DNA of 64,000 nt from Vicugna vicugna (lineage: Eukaryota), in assembly GCA_013265495.1 (NCBI GenBank), contig MU057801.1:2200301-2264300 (forward strand), in the 5' to 3' direction. This document shows positions 61,555 through 64,000 of the stretch, one piece after another. How positions within the stretch are numbered: the first letter of the stretch is position 1; every line of letters starts with the position of its first letter. Below the pieces are notes generated by a model, which was given only the letters and a program-made list of their open reading frames with translations, was not told the origin of the DNA and did not search any database. Both the position numbers and the translations under genes were made by a program.

Positions 61555-61700
61555 GGGGAGGGCAGAGCTCAGCGGCAGAGCACATGCTTAGCACACATGA
61601 GGTCCTGGGCTCAATCCCCAGCACCTCCTCCCACAAAAGAAAAAAAAGATAAAAAAAAATAAAGGAATTTTAAAAAGAAATTTCTTTATAATAAAAAAAA
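61555..61700 (+). mobile_element. Camelid tRNA-derived SINE (Vic-1 type)
   Basis: 'ggggagggcagagctcagcggcagagcacatgcttagcacacatgaggtcctgggctcaatccccagcacctcc' plus a long A-rich tail; 3' limit approximate. Confidence 0.9.
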
Positions 61701-63169
61701 CTTTCTAAAGGTCATAGGGCTCTGTGTCTGGATTGTCCTGGACATTCCTCGGTCACCTGGTCAGTGAGGGACCCCCACCCTGAGGGCGAGGTGGGCATGC
61801 AGACACGTCACCTGAGTCCATCTTCACAGTGTGTGCAGTGTGAGGACGTTACAGAAGTGTAAGTCCCACGTCACGGGCGGATCTCTGACAACCTGGTCAC
61901 CGTCTAGCAGCACGTGCCCGGGGCGCCTTCCGGCCGGAGGGAAGGGGCGTGTGTCTGCTTGGGCACAGCTGTGAAATCGAGGGTGCAGCTTTGGGAAGGC
62001 GTCTGGGAGAGGGCGTCCAGGAACGTGAACAGGTGTGTGCAGGGGGCTCACAGCGAGGGAGACGTGATCTGGAATAGTCAAAACCCTGACTGAGGAGGCG
62101 TTCTTTGCGACTCCACCCCCAGCTGCAGTCCGTGGGGAGACTCAGCTGGTCTATGTGTCTCCAGCTAAATTTCATCCTCTGCAAACGAAATGCTGCATTG
62201 GCAAAGGAGCCTTGCTTTTTGCCATAAATAGATGTCTGAAAATTTGCTAAATAAATCCTATTCTGAATGCCCGAAGAAAGCTTGCTGTTTAAAAGTCCCA
62301 TCCCATAAAAAGCTCACATGGTGTTCGGATGAGGCTGTCGCCCTGTAACTGGGAATAAAAGGTCCGTTATCAGAATCAGTACCACTTGGGTCTCAGCGAA
62401 CTAAGAAGGTGGGTCAACACAACCTACCGGGTTTAACAGGAGCTCCGCTGTGCGTGAAGGTGGGCGTGGAGCAGCAGGAACACGCCGCTCAGAGAGGAGC
62501 AAGTGCACGAGGCGGAGGCAGGGGGCCGGACCTGGGTCTGAGAATGGAGAGGCTCTTCTCTGGGGATGAGATGCTAGTGATACGCTGGGGCGGGGACAGT
62601 TAGGAGCAACCGGGGGCCTGAGGGAGCAGCGTGACGAGCAGTGTGACGAAGAGCTGGAGGAGCTGGACAGGCCAGGATGGGAGGGCTCACGTCGGGGCAG
62701 GGAGCTCGGCGTTCACGGGGGTTGAAGCAGAGACGCCAGCAGGAAGGTTCCAGCACGGCCTGAGTGGATGGGCTGGTCAGTGTCTTCCGGTGGTGCTTAG
62801 CAGTGGTGAGTTCCCTGTCCTCGGAGGCATTCAAGCACCCAACGAACATCAGTTAGCAAAAGTCCCAGCTTAGAGGGTCAGCATTTTCCAAACCTCTCTG
62901 CAGACTCTGTGTGGTTCCCCTGAGAAACTTCTCAACAGGACACAACACCAAGCCCCATCACAGAAATGCTGATGCGTGGTTTGGGGGGAAAAAGCCAGTG
63001 GTGCTGGTAAATGTTAAAAAAGAGCTCTCCGGGAAACAAAAAAGTCCTGATCTGCAGTGTAAACACTCCTGCCGTGCCCAGTTCCCGGCTCCCGGGGTGG
63101 TGTCCAGGCTGCGGGGGGGGGGAAGTCCTGGCAAAGATGGACTTTGGAGGAGCGTCACCACGCCCAGCC

Positions 63170-63170
<1 letters not shown>

Positions 63171-63200
<30 letters not shown>
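63171..63200. repeat. C30 homopolymer
   Basis: Directly visible. Confidence 0.9.
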
Positions 63201-64000
63201 ACGGGGAGCTCATCTTCCCGGTGGGGAGACAGGGAAACCCCACCCCTCCGCCGTCCGTGAGCGCTGCGTGCCGGGGGTGAGAGGCGCGTCTCCCGGGAGA
63301 CCGGAGCCAGGGGGTGCAACTTAAAGTAGGGACACAGGACAGATGTGCAGACACCTCCCCGGGGCAGGGGGCTCGGTCCCCTGCGCCCCTTTGAGGGTGA
63401 GGGGCTCCGGTGGGAGGGAGCCCTGAGGGCCTGGCAGATGCCACCTCCGCCAACGTGTCGGGGTGTCATGTGCCCCAAGTTCTGATAAGAGAAGGCCCTA
63501 AACTGCACTGTGCTCCCCAAAATGCAGTCCTGAGAAAACATCAGAGAAGCCGGACTGGGGCGTTCTACAGAATTCAGAGTAGAATCAGGGGCCCTCAGAT
63601 GTTAAATTCCGGGCGCTGGCAGCCTGGCTCCCACCAGCCTGGGGCCGGGGTCCCTCAGGGGACAGGCTCACAGGCTCCGAGGCCGCTTCCACTGGCCGGG
63701 CCTCGCCCGCCGCCTGTCTGACAGGGTGGCACCCGGCGGCTCTGCCCCTCCGGGGCCGTGCACCCCGCTCACACAGAGCCCCTGGTGCCCGGGTCCAGGA
63801 AGCGCCCCCCCCCGCCAGCCCCACAGGAGGGGCAGCCGGGGCGGCGGCCGGCGTGACGGAAACGCGCCCCAACGCAGGTGTCGTGGGAAGGAAGGTTTCC
63901 GGCTGCTGCGACCCGACGGGGCTGCGGCCTGACAGGTCATCTCCAGAGACTGCTGAGTGCGGGACTTCGCTTCCCGGGGCTGCCGTGAGAAAGCACCGTG

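Noticed and set aside
3172-61700. tRNA-like sequences with A and B boxes (five copies)
   Set aside because: They have A-rich tails, some have TSDs, and they lack an intact cloverleaf; these are tRNA-derived SINEs, not tRNA genes.
281-63940. Hundreds of ORFs in the supplied track, including long ones (991-2088, 38349-39338, 41374-42324, 42382-43362)
   Set aside because: They are rich in Pro/Gly/Arg/Ala, overlap in many frames, often start at non-ATG codons and show no recognisable domains. This is expected from stop-codon scarcity in GC-rich DNA.

Overview
Mammalian genomic DNA, almost certainly from a camelid (camel/llama/alpaca): it carries five copies of the camelid tRNA-derived SINE (Vic-1 type). 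The window is very GC- and CpG-rich, resembles a subtelomeric isochore, and has two assembly gaps. I recognise no intact protein-coding gene, and nearly all ORFs in the supplied track look like chance products of high GC. The clearest feature is a 5'-truncated, intronless, poly(A)-tailed processed pseudogene of NBN (nibrin/NBS1) on the minus strand at about 15.6-16.5 kb. The rest is interspersed repeats (four LTR-type elements, an MLT1 LTR, many L1 remnants, MIRs, DNA-transposon relics), microsatellites and VNTRs, a CpG-island-like block and a 95%-identical 82-bp local duplication. The most notable observations are four. (1) There is a strong AT-to-GC drift in every neutral fossil, as expected from GC-biased gene conversion. 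(2) The NBN retrocopy keeps the MRE11-binding motif, has lost the ATM-binding tail, and may have a chimeric or inverted 5' end. (3) One solo LTR has a tandemly amplified octamer/CCAAT module relative to its sister copy. (4) A duplicated ETS/C/EBP module flanks another LTR. I found no convincing evidence for a new biological system. All family assignments rest on recalled consensus or reference sequences, not on database searches.
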